From contig MFJD01000004.1 of the NCBI GenBank assembly GCA_001779095.1, positions 173,031 through 237,030 of the forward strand: a DNA stretch of 64,000 nucleotides. The letters are read 5' to 3'. The translations under genes were made by a program, and so were the position numbers. This DNA is from Candidatus Gottesmanbacteria bacterium RBG_16_52_11. Lineage in GTDB: Bacteria; Patescibacteriota; Microgenomatia; UBA10105; UBA927. The notes below the pieces were generated by a model. The model was not told the origin of the DNA. It saw only the letters and a list, made by a program, of their open reading frames with translations, and did no database searches. This document shows positions 38,374 through 47,565 of this stretch, piece after piece. Numbering within the stretch: position 1 is the first letter of the stretch; each line of letters starts with the position of its first letter.

Positions 38374-39579
38374 ATGAAATTATTGCGGACGCTTTTACTA
38401 ACAACAAAAGCTTATGATCCACTGTTGGCTTTACGTGGTTATTCAATTATTCTGATTGTCTGGTGGCACGTCTATTCATATTACCCAGTATATGCTTTTC
38501 ATAATGCCAGCCCTAACTACTGGTTACTATCATCAAGCCCATATGTAGGAGTCTGGACGTTTTTTATACTTTCGGGCTACTTAATCGGAAAGGGTTTTTT
38601 TGCCGGAAGATATACATTATCACCCCGAAATCTAATCCGTTTTTATATACATCGGTTAATGAAGATTGCGCCTTTATACTACCTGACAATAATATATATC
38701 TATTTTGTTCATATAATTCCCTATGGATATACCGAAACCAAACTTGCTCCATTTTTTTTCTTTAATGCAGCCAATCTGATTAATGACAGGTATTTGGGAT
38801 ATCTCTGGTTTGTATCGGTAGTGATTCAGCTTTATATCCTGTCTCCGCTAATCTATCTTGTGAACCGTATGATCCGGTTATTTCGAGTACCTGTATACGT
38901 ACCGTGGTTAATCATATTGGTATATTTTTTACTAATTCCGTTCACCTTTTCCATGCCATATTTACTTCAGAACAGGATGTATTATGATATCACTTTCTAT
39001 TCTTCCGTAGCAGTTAATTTAAGCTTCTTTCTTATCGGATTTTTCATAAATATACTATTTACGAATAAAAACAGTAGTGAGCAACAGGAAAGAATTACAG
39101 GTCGCCCGGCAGTAAAAAAAGTGATGGAAATAGGAGCCAACGTAAGTCTCGTGATACTATATATTATTTCCTCTTATGTTACCGAAAAATTTCTAATCGA
39201 TTATAATTCTAATCTTTTTAATATTATGTTCATTTTGCCTATTTTAACCGTAAGCATAGTCATATATTTCATAGTCACATCAGAGGGTGAAAACCATAAG
39301 AGAAACCGACACAGACAGATACAAGCTAATCACCGGACAATAAATATATTTGAAAAAGTCGGTCAATATTCCTATGGAGTATATTTGATTCACTACCTGG
39401 TTATTTATAGGCTTAAGTATAATTGCCATGCCAACTGTACAATTGCGGATTTACTTTATAAGCAATTACTAGTGTTCGGATGGAGCATGATCATAACAGT
39501 TATTATATACACGATTGCTGGAACTCTGAGAAAACGGATAATCCGAATCAAGCTGAATCCGTTTAAGTATTTACTGTGA
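38374..39579 (+). CDS. Acyltransferase-3 family (OafA-like) O-acyltransferase
   Basis: LALRGYSIILIVWWH, GVWTFFILSGYLI, RLMKIAPLYY, LWFVSV..QLY, GQYSYGVYLIH; strongly AT-rich. Confidence 0.88.
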   Translation: MKLLRTLLLTTKAYDPLLALRGYSIILIVWWHVYSYYPVYAFHNASPNYWLLSSSPYVGVWTFFILSGYLIGKGFFAGRYTLSPRNLIRFYIHRLMKIAPLYYLTIIYIYFVHIIPYGYTETKLAPFFFFNAANLINDRYLGYLWFVSVVIQLYILSPLIYLVNRMIRLFRVPVYVPWLIILVYFLLIPFTFSMPYLLQNRMYYDITFYSSVAVNLSFFLIGFFINILFTNKNSSEQQERITGRPAVKKVMEIGANVSLVILYIISSYVTEKFLIDYNSNLFNIMFILPILTVSIVIYFIVTSEGENHKRNRHRQIQANHRTINIFEKVGQYSYGVYLIHYLVIYRLKYNCHANCTIADLLYKQLLVFGWSMIITVIIYTIAGTLRKRIIRIKLNPFKYLL

Positions 39580-39651
39580 AAATAAGGGAAAGGATCGTGT
39601 TCGCAATAAATTAATAAGACACTGCGGAGCGTTATTCCGCTGCCAGCATAT

Positions 39652-40155
39652 ATGATTAGCGTACTTGCCAGCATCCTACTGTTTATTGCAACTCTAGTGA
39701 TTCATATTATGGTCAGGCGTCCCAATGCCCGGAGTATCGGAATCGGAAAGGTGGTAGCGGATTTTGCGGTTGCCTGTATCCTAGCGGCAGTGGCAATTGT
39801 GGCACTTGGGGAATGGTTCAGGGACATCACGCCACCGCTGCCGCTGACCGGAATTGCGATATACGGATTTGCGGCTTTTTCGTATGTGTCTTTTTCCGCT
39901 AGCCCGTTTCTGGGGGATGAAAGCCCTTCGTCCGTAATCGTACTTTTGGCGAGGGAGAAGGGCAGTATGACGCTTGACGATGTATTATCCGAATTCCCGG
40001 ACCGGTCGATTGTCGACAAGCGGATTGCGGATCTGATCAGTACCGGCTGGATAAAAAGGACCCGGAAGGGACTGGTGGCAACCGGGACAGGCCGGATTAT
40101 CGCTGCAGCGTTTGGTACATACCGGCGGTTACTGGGATTAGGGGAGACGGGATGA
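39652..40155 (+). CDS. Small TM protein with C-terminal winged-helix-like domain, type A
   Basis: Three TM helices, then ESPSSVIVLLAREKGSMTLDDVLSEF...KRIADLISTGWI...ATGTGR, ending YRRLLGLGETG; homologous to 32919-33443. Confidence 0.65.
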   Translation: MISVLASILLFIATLVIHIMVRRPNARSIGIGKVVADFAVACILAAVAIVALGEWFRDITPPLPLTGIAIYGFAAFSYVSFSASPFLGDESPSSVIVLLAREKGSMTLDDVLSEFPDRSIVDKRIADLISTGWIKRTRKGLVATGTGRIIAAAFGTYRRLLGLGETG

Positions 40156-40742
40156 ATATTGACCGGCTGATAATAATCCAGGCGATAACCAGCTCAGCCG
40201 CAATGATGGCGCTGCAGACGTTCGTAATGTCCGGGAAATACAAACAGGCAATCCTCAGGAGCCTTATGGCTGCATTCGGATACGCCACAATTTGCCATTA
40301 CCTGATATCCGCGGCAGTTCTAGCGTATTTACTAAACAGCGGACCGGTGCCGGATTTGTTACCGCTTTATGCTTATCCGGTAATATCATTCATTCTCTTC
40401 GGACTGGTCTGTTTTTCCGTTGTCCTGACGGTTTTCGGCCTCACAGTTACGTCACTCCGGATCCATATCCTGACCGAAATAGCTGATGCAGGAGAACCCG
40501 GAATCGCAGAGACTGCACTTGAGAAGAAATATTCCAAGCGGGAAGTCATGGTTGTGCGGCTGATCCGGCTGACCGAATCCGGCGAACTTGTGAATCGGGG
40601 CCGGCGGTATTTCCCGGTTTACCACCGCTCCTACTTTCTGCTGCATACATTTATCCTGATGTTATACAATCGGCTGTATAATCTGCCCGGGTATGCCCGG
40701 TATTGGAAGAGCGTGGGAGCGAAGTTATTGACGGGAAAATAA
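40152..40742 (+). CDS. Small TM protein with C-terminal winged-helix-like domain, type B
   Basis: Three TM helices, then TSLRIHILTEIADAGEPGIAETALEKKY...VRLIRLTESGEL, with NRLY near the end; ATGA overlap with type A; homologous to 32359-32922. Confidence 0.65.
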   Translation: MNIDRLIIIQAITSSAAMMALQTFVMSGKYKQAILRSLMAAFGYATICHYLISAAVLAYLLNSGPVPDLLPLYAYPVISFILFGLVCFSVVLTVFGLTVTSLRIHILTEIADAGEPGIAETALEKKYSKREVMVVRLIRLTESGELVNRGRRYFPVYHRSYFLLHTFILMLYNRLYNLPGYARYWKSVGAKLLTGK

Positions 40743-40784
40743 TTATTCTGATTATTCTAATTAACCTAATTATTCTAAGCATCC
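40740..40784. repeat. Nonamer array, TAATTATTC type
   Basis: TAATTATTC TGATTATTC TAATTAACC TAATTATTC TAAGCATCC. Confidence 0.85.
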
Positions 40785-40806
40785 CACAATTTATTTACCG
40801 GATTTT

Positions 40807-41790
40807 ATGAACGTACTGGTTACCGGCGCGGGGGGTTTCATCGGCAGTCACATGGTGGATCACTTACTGGAAAAGGGCCACAGTGTTACCGGCTTGGATA
40901 TATTTTCCCGGGGTAAGGAAGAGCATCTACCGTCGAAACAGTATGGAAACCTGCTCCGGCTGATCCAGGCAGACGTGTCTGACCGCACGGCGCTACGGGA
41001 GAAATATTTCCGGGGCGTCGACTGGGTGTTTCACTTCGCCGGCCGCTCCAGTAACGTCAAGTCGCTCGAGAATCCGCCGGAGTACCATGCCGTCAATGCC
41101 ACCGGTACGCTGAACATGCTGATTGCTGCCCATAAGGCTAAGGTGAAACGGTTCGTCTACGCGGCATCGTATTCGTGTTACGGCCAGCCACGAAAGTTTC
41201 CTACCCCGGAAACGGCGCTACTCAAGCCGGAATTCCCGTATGCCCTGACTAAGCTGGCAGGCGAACGCTATACACTGCACTGGCATCGGGCATTCGGATT
41301 GCCGACGATATCCCTGAGGATGACCAGCGTTTATGGGCCGAAAATCCGGACCGGTGGGAACTTCGGGCCAGTAGTCTCACTTTTTGTCGGGCAGAAAACG
41401 GACAGGAAGCCGTTTACAGTAGCCGGTGACGGCAGCCAGAGCCGGGATTTCGTGTATATCGATGACGTGGTTGAAGCGTTTCTGGCTGCTGCCCGGTCGG
41501 ATGTTGCCGGGGAAGTATTTAACGTCGGCAGCGGCCGGTCAGTCAGCCTCAATCGACTGGTGGAACTGCTAGGCGGTCCGGTGACATATGTCTCCAGAAG
41601 GCCGGGAGAAGTCAATAAAACTCTGGCGGATATAAAGAAAATTAAAAAATATTTGGGGTGGACTCCAAAGGTACGTTTTAACCACGGAATCAGAAGGGTG
41701 CTTGAAAGTGCAGGACAAACGGTGAAGCCCGGATTTAATGTCAGAACAATCCGTCCGTCAACAAACAGGCGGAAAGGCGGACACGTATGA
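40807..41790 (+). CDS. Extended SDR nucleotide-sugar epimerase/dehydratase, paralog of the gene at 26732
   Basis: TGAGGFIG, VDWVFHFAG, AASYSCYG, YALTK, QSRDFVY. Confidence 0.9.
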   Translation: MNVLVTGAGGFIGSHMVDHLLEKGHSVTGLDIFSRGKEEHLPSKQYGNLLRLIQADVSDRTALREKYFRGVDWVFHFAGRSSNVKSLENPPEYHAVNATGTLNMLIAAHKAKVKRFVYAASYSCYGQPRKFPTPETALLKPEFPYALTKLAGERYTLHWHRAFGLPTISLRMTSVYGPKIRTGGNFGPVVSLFVGQKTDRKPFTVAGDGSQSRDFVYIDDVVEAFLAAARSDVAGEVFNVGSGRSVSLNRLVELLGGPVTYVSRRPGEVNKTLADIKKIKKYLGWTPKVRFNHGIRRVLESAGQTVKPGFNVRTIRPSTNRRKGGHV

Positions 41791-42539
41791 AGAAGGTTAG
41801 TAAATTGAGCAGGGCGAAGACAGGAAAAACCGGTACCGGTATCATCGTGATGGCATACAACGAAGAAAAGAATCTGGGTCCGGCCCTGGACGGTCTGTTG
41901 CGGGAAGTCCCCAAAGTTACCGATGACTTCGAGATACTGGTCATAGACGACGGATCGGATGACTCAACCGGCAATGTTGCCGATAAGTACGGCCGGAAAA
42001 GCCGGCATATCCGGGTGGTCCACCACCGGGAAAACCGGGGATTCGGCCGTTCTTTCCGCAGTGGTGTCAGCCTGACCCGGAAGCGGTACGTGGTGGGATT
42101 CCCCGGTGATAACGATACATCACCCGCATCCCTGGCGCAGCTAGTCAGGCGGGCAAACGACCGCACGGTCGTGACCTGTTATCCGACGGACCTCAGTAAC
42201 CGTTCGGCATTCCGCCATCTGATATCCAAGTCGTTCGTGGTGCTGATGAACGCTGTTTTCAGAATGAACCTGAAATACTTCAACGGGTCATTCATATACC
42301 TCACCGAAGCGGTTAAAAACCTGAATCTTAAGTCAGACGGATTTGCCATATACGCCGAAGCCAAAGTCCGGCTGCGGCATCTGGGATATCCTTTTGAGGA
42401 AATTCCGTTCATTTATACGGGCAGAAAGCACGGTACGTCCAAAGCAGTAACCGGCAAAAGCGTCCGGGAGACTCTGGAAACGATCATTACTTTAGTGAAG
42501 GATATATATCTTAAAAAAAGAATAAATTATTCTAATTAA
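41787..42539 (+). CDS. GT2 family, DPM1-like glycosyltransferase (no TM anchor)
   Basis: IIVMAYNEE, DDGSDDST, NRGFG, GFPGDNDT, RKHGTSK. Confidence 0.88.
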   Translation: MKKVSKLSRAKTGKTGTGIIVMAYNEEKNLGPALDGLLREVPKVTDDFEILVIDDGSDDSTGNVADKYGRKSRHIRVVHHRENRGFGRSFRSGVSLTRKRYVVGFPGDNDTSPASLAQLVRRANDRTVVTCYPTDLSNRSAFRHLISKSFVVLMNAVFRMNLKYFNGSFIYLTEAVKNLNLKSDGFAIYAEAKVRLRHLGYPFEEIPFIYTGRKHGTSKAVTGKSVRETLETIITLVKDIYLKKRINYSN

Positions 42540-42562
42540 CCTAATTGACCTGATTATTCTAA
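42524..42562. repeat. Nonamer array, TAATTATTC type
   Basis: AAATTATTC TAATTAACC TAATTGACC TGATTATTC TAA; it supplies the GT2 stop codon. Confidence 0.85.
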
Positions 42563-42571
42563 AAAAGAAGT

Positions 42572-43600
42572 ATGGCTAAAATAAATATGAAAAGGACAGT
42601 GCTGGTAACCGGAGCCGGAGGCTTTATCGGCAGCCATCTGGTCGACAGGCTATACGCCGACGGACATGATGTGACCGGTATCGGTAACTTTGCCGGGGGT
42701 TCCGATGAGCATCTGGCAGGTAAAACCGACCGGTCACGGATCAGATTCATTGAGGCCGATATCACTGACAGCCGGCAGCTGAAGGCTGAATATTTCCACG
42801 GTACCGACTGGGTATTTCATTTGGCAGCGCGTTCGGGGAATGCCAAGTCTTTGGCAGAACCTTTTGCATTCCATGAAACCAATGTCAGCGGAACGGTCAA
42901 TGTACTCGAAGCCGCGCGCAAAGCAAACGTAAAAAAGCTTATTTACGCTGCGTCATCCACCTGCTACGGCAATGCCCGGTGCCCGACGCCGGAAACGGCA
43001 CCGGTTGCACCCGTGTCACCCTACGGACTGACGAAGTTCCTGGGTGAGGAGTACGTCATGCACTGGGGCCAGGTTTTCCGGCTGCCGGTCGTCAGCCTCC
43101 GGCTTTACTACGTTTACGGACCGAAAATCAGGCCCGGCGGTTCATACGGAGCATTAGTAACCATGTTTCTTAACCAGCTCCTGACTGAAGGACATGTGAC
43201 CCTCAGCGGCGACGGAAGTCAGAAACGTGACTTTACGTACGTCGCCGATGCCGTTGACGCCCTGGTAACCGCTGCGCGGTCTTCCATATTCGGGGAAATT
43301 TTCAACGCCGGCAGCGGTCAAGTTTCGGACCTGAAAAAACTTGCCGGTCTGTTAGGCGGCAGGATAGTGCATGCCAAGCCGCTGTCCGGTGAAATAATGT
43401 CAGCCTACCCGGATCTCCATAAAATCAGGAGAATCCTGAAATGGAAACCAAAGACTGATATCATAACCGGAATTGCAATGGTTCTGGCCAGCCGGGATAT
43501 GTGGGAGAAAAATCCCGGTAACGCGCCGGACCGGATGCGTGACAATCTTAAAAATCGTCAGAGGAACAGCAGGATCAGAAGATTAAAAATTAATGTATGA
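42572..43600 (+). CDS. Extended SDR nucleotide-sugar epimerase/dehydratase, paralog of the genes at 26732 and 40807
   Basis: TGAGGFIG, TDWVFHLAA, AASSTCYG, YGLTK, QKRDFTYV. Confidence 0.9.
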   Translation: MAKINMKRTVLVTGAGGFIGSHLVDRLYADGHDVTGIGNFAGGSDEHLAGKTDRSRIRFIEADITDSRQLKAEYFHGTDWVFHLAARSGNAKSLAEPFAFHETNVSGTVNVLEAARKANVKKLIYAASSTCYGNARCPTPETAPVAPVSPYGLTKFLGEEYVMHWGQVFRLPVVSLRLYYVYGPKIRPGGSYGALVTMFLNQLLTEGHVTLSGDGSQKRDFTYVADAVDALVTAARSSIFGEIFNAGSGQVSDLKKLAGLLGGRIVHAKPLSGEIMSAYPDLHKIRRILKWKPKTDIITGIAMVLASRDMWEKNPGNAPDRMRDNLKNRQRNSRIRRLKINV

Positions 43601-44307
43601 AAAAATCTAAGAAAACCGTCGATGCGGGCAGGTATAACCGGGATAAAGAACTCTTATCGTCCCATTACAGCCAATATTACCGGGATTATCCGGACGGGGT
43701 CACCCTGCCGCCGGAAATTGCCGAACTGGTCGACAAAAACATGATCCGGCTCTTAATCCGCCTGGCCCGTTACAAGTTCGTCGCCCGGATTGTCAAACCG
43801 TCGGATACGGTACTGGATGTGGGTTGCGGCCTGGGATTGGGAGACATCTTCCTCGGACAGCATGCCGGACACGTCACCGGTATCGATATCAGGGAGCATG
43901 AAATTGCCGAAGCCCGGTCCGTAAACCGGCGTGATAATGTAACTTTCAAGGTAATAGATCTTTACAATCTACCCCGGAACCGGAAGTTCGACGTGGTCAT
44001 TGCCCTGGACGTAATCGAGCATATGGCAGTTGAAGACGGCCGGAAACTCCTGAAAGCCATGGCAACGCACCTGAAACCTGACGGCATGGCCGTCATCGGA
44101 ACCCCGAGCATCTATTCATATCCGTATCAGGGACACTTGAGCCAGGCCGGGCATATCAAATGTTACGATCAGAAGGAGCTGACGGACCTGATGGAATCCG
44201 TGTTCGGCCGGACGGTCGCGTTATCGATGAACGACGAGGTAGTGCATACGGGACACCCCAAAATGAGCTGGTATTATTTCGTCCTGGCATTTAACCCGAA
44301 AAAGTAA
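43597..44307 (+). CDS. Class I SAM-dependent methyltransferase
   Basis: RLARYKF, VLDVGCGLG, GIDI, LDVIEH, LKPDG..VIGTP. Confidence 0.9.
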   Translation: MKKSKKTVDAGRYNRDKELLSSHYSQYYRDYPDGVTLPPEIAELVDKNMIRLLIRLARYKFVARIVKPSDTVLDVGCGLGLGDIFLGQHAGHVTGIDIREHEIAEARSVNRRDNVTFKVIDLYNLPRNRKFDVVIALDVIEHMAVEDGRKLLKAMATHLKPDGMAVIGTPSIYSYPYQGHLSQAGHIKCYDQKELTDLMESVFGRTVALSMNDEVVHTGHPKMSWYYFVLAFNPKK

Positions 44308-44320
44308 AGAAATTACGGTT

Positions 44321-44845
44321 ATGCTAAAAAAATACCCGTCCGCTAAAAGCACGACGTTTTATTTCAACGAAAGCATTATCACCATTGACACCGGTCTGAT
44401 CAGAAGGCTGAAGGATTCATCCCGGAAGGACAAGTTAGGCAGGGCGCGGGTATGCCTCCATTCCGGACCGGATGCAGCGGTACAGGAAATGATCATCGCC
44501 ATGGACCGGAAAACGTATGTCAGGCCGCACCGGCACCACACGAAAACCGAGTCCACACATATTATCGAGGGAGAACTGCTGATAATACTTTTTGACGATA
44601 CCGGTAAACCGGTCCGGCGGATCAGTTTGCGGGCTGGAAAAACGGGGCAACCGTTTGCCTGCCGCATACCGCAGATGACCTGGCATACCCAGATACCTCA
44701 GACCCAAACCGCCGTGATCCACGAAATCATCAGCGGTCCTTTCAGTTCCGGCAGTTCAGATTTTGCTACCTGGGCACCGGAGGAGGGGGATACGGAAGCC
44801 TCAGACCGGTACATCAGAAAAATTAACCGCATAGCCCGCAGATAG
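44321..44845 (+). CDS. WbuC-family cupin-fold metalloprotein
   Basis: RARVCLH...VQEMII...YVRPHRH..K.ES.HIIEGE...WHT...HE...GPF...FATWAP. Confidence 0.85.
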   Translation: MLKKYPSAKSTTFYFNESIITIDTGLIRRLKDSSRKDKLGRARVCLHSGPDAAVQEMIIAMDRKTYVRPHRHHTKTESTHIIEGELLIILFDDTGKPVRRISLRAGKTGQPFACRIPQMTWHTQIPQTQTAVIHEIISGPFSSGSSDFATWAPEEGDTEASDRYIRKINRIARR

Positions 44846-44898
44846 ATTGGTTTTCTTTCCTTGAATCCCGTAAGAAAGATGATATTATCATTGCGAAG

Positions 44899-46440
44899 AT
44901 GGAAGGGCAGTTATCCAAAATAAAACGCGTCTCAAGTCTGGCAAAGATTACCGCCAGACTGAAGAAAGACGGCAAAAGAATAGTTCTGTGCCACGGGGTT
45001 TTTGACCTCGTACATCCGGGTCATGTCAGGCATTTCGCCTCCGCCCGTAACCACGGTGACGTGCTGATCGTCACCATCACCGCCGATAAGTTCGTCAACA
45101 AAGGGCCCGGCAGGCCGATATTCCGTCAGGAGCTGCGGGCCGAAGTGCTGGCTGCGATTGCCTTCATTGACTACATAGCGATAGTTAACTCCGGTTCGGC
45201 TGTTGACGCTATCCGGAAAATCCGGCCGGATTATTACGTAAAAGGGCCTGATTACCGCAACCGTAAGCCGACACCGTCGGTACCCCGGAAGCTGGGCGAA
45301 GAGGAGAAGGCGGTGCTGTCAGTCGGCGGACAGCTGATATTTACCGATGATGCGGTCATCTACAGCTCGTCCAAAATCATCAGCGATTACCTGGAGGTGT
45401 ATCCTCCCCGGACTAAACGGTTCCTGACGGAAATGAAACGGAAATACACGTCGGAAAAACTGATTGCCGACCTGACAAAACTGAAAAAACTCAAAATTCT
45501 AGTAATCGGGGATGCCATTATCGACCAGTACCATTACTGCCTGCCGATGGGAAAATCATCCAAGGAACCGGTAATGGTGCACCGGTATGTGGCGGACGAG
45601 TCCTACATGGGCGGAGTCCTGGCGACTGTCAACCACCTGTCATCCCTTTCCCGAAACCTGACGCTCCTGACAGTACTCGGGAAGAAAAATTCATTCAGGT
45701 CGTTTATCACCCGTCGTCTGCGTCCCCAGGTCAAGCCGGTCTTTCTTTACCAGTCCAAAGACCCCACCATCATTAAACGCAGGTTCCTCGACTTGAATAA
45801 CCGGCAGAAATTGTTCCAGATCAGCTACCTGCATGAGGATTTCGTGCTGCCGGAGCAAACGGAAAAATTAATCCTGGGGTACCTGAAAAAAGAACTGCCG
45901 AAGTTCGACCTGGTGGTGGTCAACGATTACGGCCACGGCATGATGACACCCAAGACCATCCGCCATATCTGCCGGCACGCCAGATATATCGCATTAAACG
46001 TCCAGACCAACAGCGCTAATTTCGGATTCAATGTCGTCACTAAATACCCGCGGGCTGACTTCGTTTGCATCGATAACCAGGAAATCCGGCTGGCGACCCA
46101 GGACCGTTTCAGCGACCTGACACTGTTGATCCGCTCGATCCAGCGGAAACTGAAATGTTCGTTCATGATCGTCACCAAGGGACCATACGGCGCAGTCGGT
46201 TATTCCCAGCAGGCGGGATTCGTCGAGGTGCCGGCGCTAACCGACCGGATCGTGGACCGGGTCGGAGCCGGGGACGCGCTGTTTGCCATTGCCTCACCCT
46301 GCGTTTACGCCGGCATGCCGCCGGACGTGGTGACTTTTATGGGTAACGTAGCCGGCGCTCTCAAAGTCCAGGTCATCGGCAACAAAAAGCAGATCGAGTT
46401 TGTGGACCTGGCAAAATATATCACCAGATTACTAAAATAA
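44899..46440 (+). CDS. Bifunctional nucleotidyltransferase + PfkB kinase (HldE/RfaE-like, reversed domain order)
   Basis: N-terminal HGVFDLVHPGH, NKGPGRP, KGPDY; C-terminal VIGDAIIDQY, NDYGHG, DRVGAGD. Confidence 0.88.
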   Translation: MEGQLSKIKRVSSLAKITARLKKDGKRIVLCHGVFDLVHPGHVRHFASARNHGDVLIVTITADKFVNKGPGRPIFRQELRAEVLAAIAFIDYIAIVNSGSAVDAIRKIRPDYYVKGPDYRNRKPTPSVPRKLGEEEKAVLSVGGQLIFTDDAVIYSSSKIISDYLEVYPPRTKRFLTEMKRKYTSEKLIADLTKLKKLKILVIGDAIIDQYHYCLPMGKSSKEPVMVHRYVADESYMGGVLATVNHLSSLSRNLTLLTVLGKKNSFRSFITRRLRPQVKPVFLYQSKDPTIIKRRFLDLNNRQKLFQISYLHEDFVLPEQTEKLILGYLKKELPKFDLVVVNDYGHGMMTPKTIRHICRHARYIALNVQTNSANFGFNVVTKYPRADFVCIDNQEIRLATQDRFSDLTLLIRSIQRKLKCSFMIVTKGPYGAVGYSQQAGFVEVPALTDRIVDRVGAGDALFAIASPCVYAGMPPDVVTFMGNVAGALKVQVIGNKKQIEFVDLAKYITRLLK

Positions 46441-46453
46441 CCGGAAACAAATC

Positions 46454-46498
46454 CAATTAATCTAATTGTTCTAAACAGGGAAATTATTCTAATTTAAA
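46454..46498. repeat. Degenerate nonamer array, TAATTATTC type
   Basis: CAATTAATC TAATTGTTC TAAACAGGG AAATTATTC TAATTTAAA. Confidence 0.65.
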
Positions 46499-46509
46499 TC
46501 ATTAATGGG

Positions 46510-47565
46510 ATGACAGACTCAGGGAAAAAGGTATCAAGAGAGGGATCCATAAAGACGGTCCTGGTGACCGGCGGCGGAGGATATGTCGGGGCTGTATTGG
46601 TGCCGAAACTGCTGGCCGCAGGGTACCGGGTGAGAGTGCTTGACTGGTTTATTTACGGTGAAGACGTCTTTGGTAAATACGGTAAGGATCCGAAACTGAC
46701 TATACTCCGGGGAGACTTACGGGACCGGAAATCAGTGGAAAAAGCTCTGAAAGGCGCCGATGCCGTCATCCATCTGGCATGTATATCCAATGATCCCAGT
46801 TTCGAACTCGATCCGGCTCTTGGCAGGACAGTGAATTACGATGCGACCGCACTTCTCACCGACTTGTCCTGCGACGAAGGTGTAACGCGTTTCGTTTTTG
46901 CCTCCTCATCGAGCGTCTACGGGGTCAAAACCGAATCCGACGTCACCGAGGACCTGCCGCTTAAACCGCTCACCGATTACTCTAAATACAAGGCGCTCTC
47001 GGAGGAATACATATTAAAAAAAGGCAGCCGGGATTTTACCGTGCTGATCCTGCGGCCGGCTACGGTCTGCGGCTATTCCCCGCGGATGCGGCTGGATCTG
47101 ACCGTGAATATCCTGACCATCAATGCCCTGATTAACAACCGGATAACGGTATTCGGCGGCTCGCAGCTGCGGCCCAACATCCACATCGGCGACATGACCG
47201 ACCTCTACGTCAAAACCATGGAGTTCCCCGGGGAAAAAATTGCCGGAAAGATTTATAATGCCGGTTACGAGAACATGAAGGTATTGGATATTGCGCGCAT
47301 GGTCAAAAAAGTCCTGGGAAAAAGGGATATAGAAATATCCGTCAAACCGACGGACGACCTGCGGTCCTACCACATCAATTCGGACAAAATCAGGCGGGAG
47401 CTGGGATTTGCCCCCCGGCACACCATCCGGGAAGCCATATCCGATATTAAAAGCGCCTACGAATCGGGAAAGCTGCCGGACCCCACGACGGATATCAGAT
47501 ATGTAAACATCAAAACCATGAAAGCCCTGTCCGGAAAGCTTGCGGGTAAATCCGGGTATGCCTAA
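46510..47565 (+). CDS. Extended SDR nucleotide-sugar epimerase/dehydratase
   Basis: TGGGGYVG, HLACISNDPS, ASSSSVYG, YSKYK, RPATVCGYSPRMRLDL. Confidence 0.9.
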   Translation: MTDSGKKVSREGSIKTVLVTGGGGYVGAVLVPKLLAAGYRVRVLDWFIYGEDVFGKYGKDPKLTILRGDLRDRKSVEKALKGADAVIHLACISNDPSFELDPALGRTVNYDATALLTDLSCDEGVTRFVFASSSSVYGVKTESDVTEDLPLKPLTDYSKYKALSEEYILKKGSRDFTVLILRPATVCGYSPRMRLDLTVNILTINALINNRITVFGGSQLRPNIHIGDMTDLYVKTMEFPGEKIAGKIYNAGYENMKVLDIARMVKKVLGKRDIEISVKPTDDLRSYHINSDKIRRELGFAPRHTIREAISDIKSAYESGKLPDPTTDIRYVNIKTMKALSGKLAGKSGYA

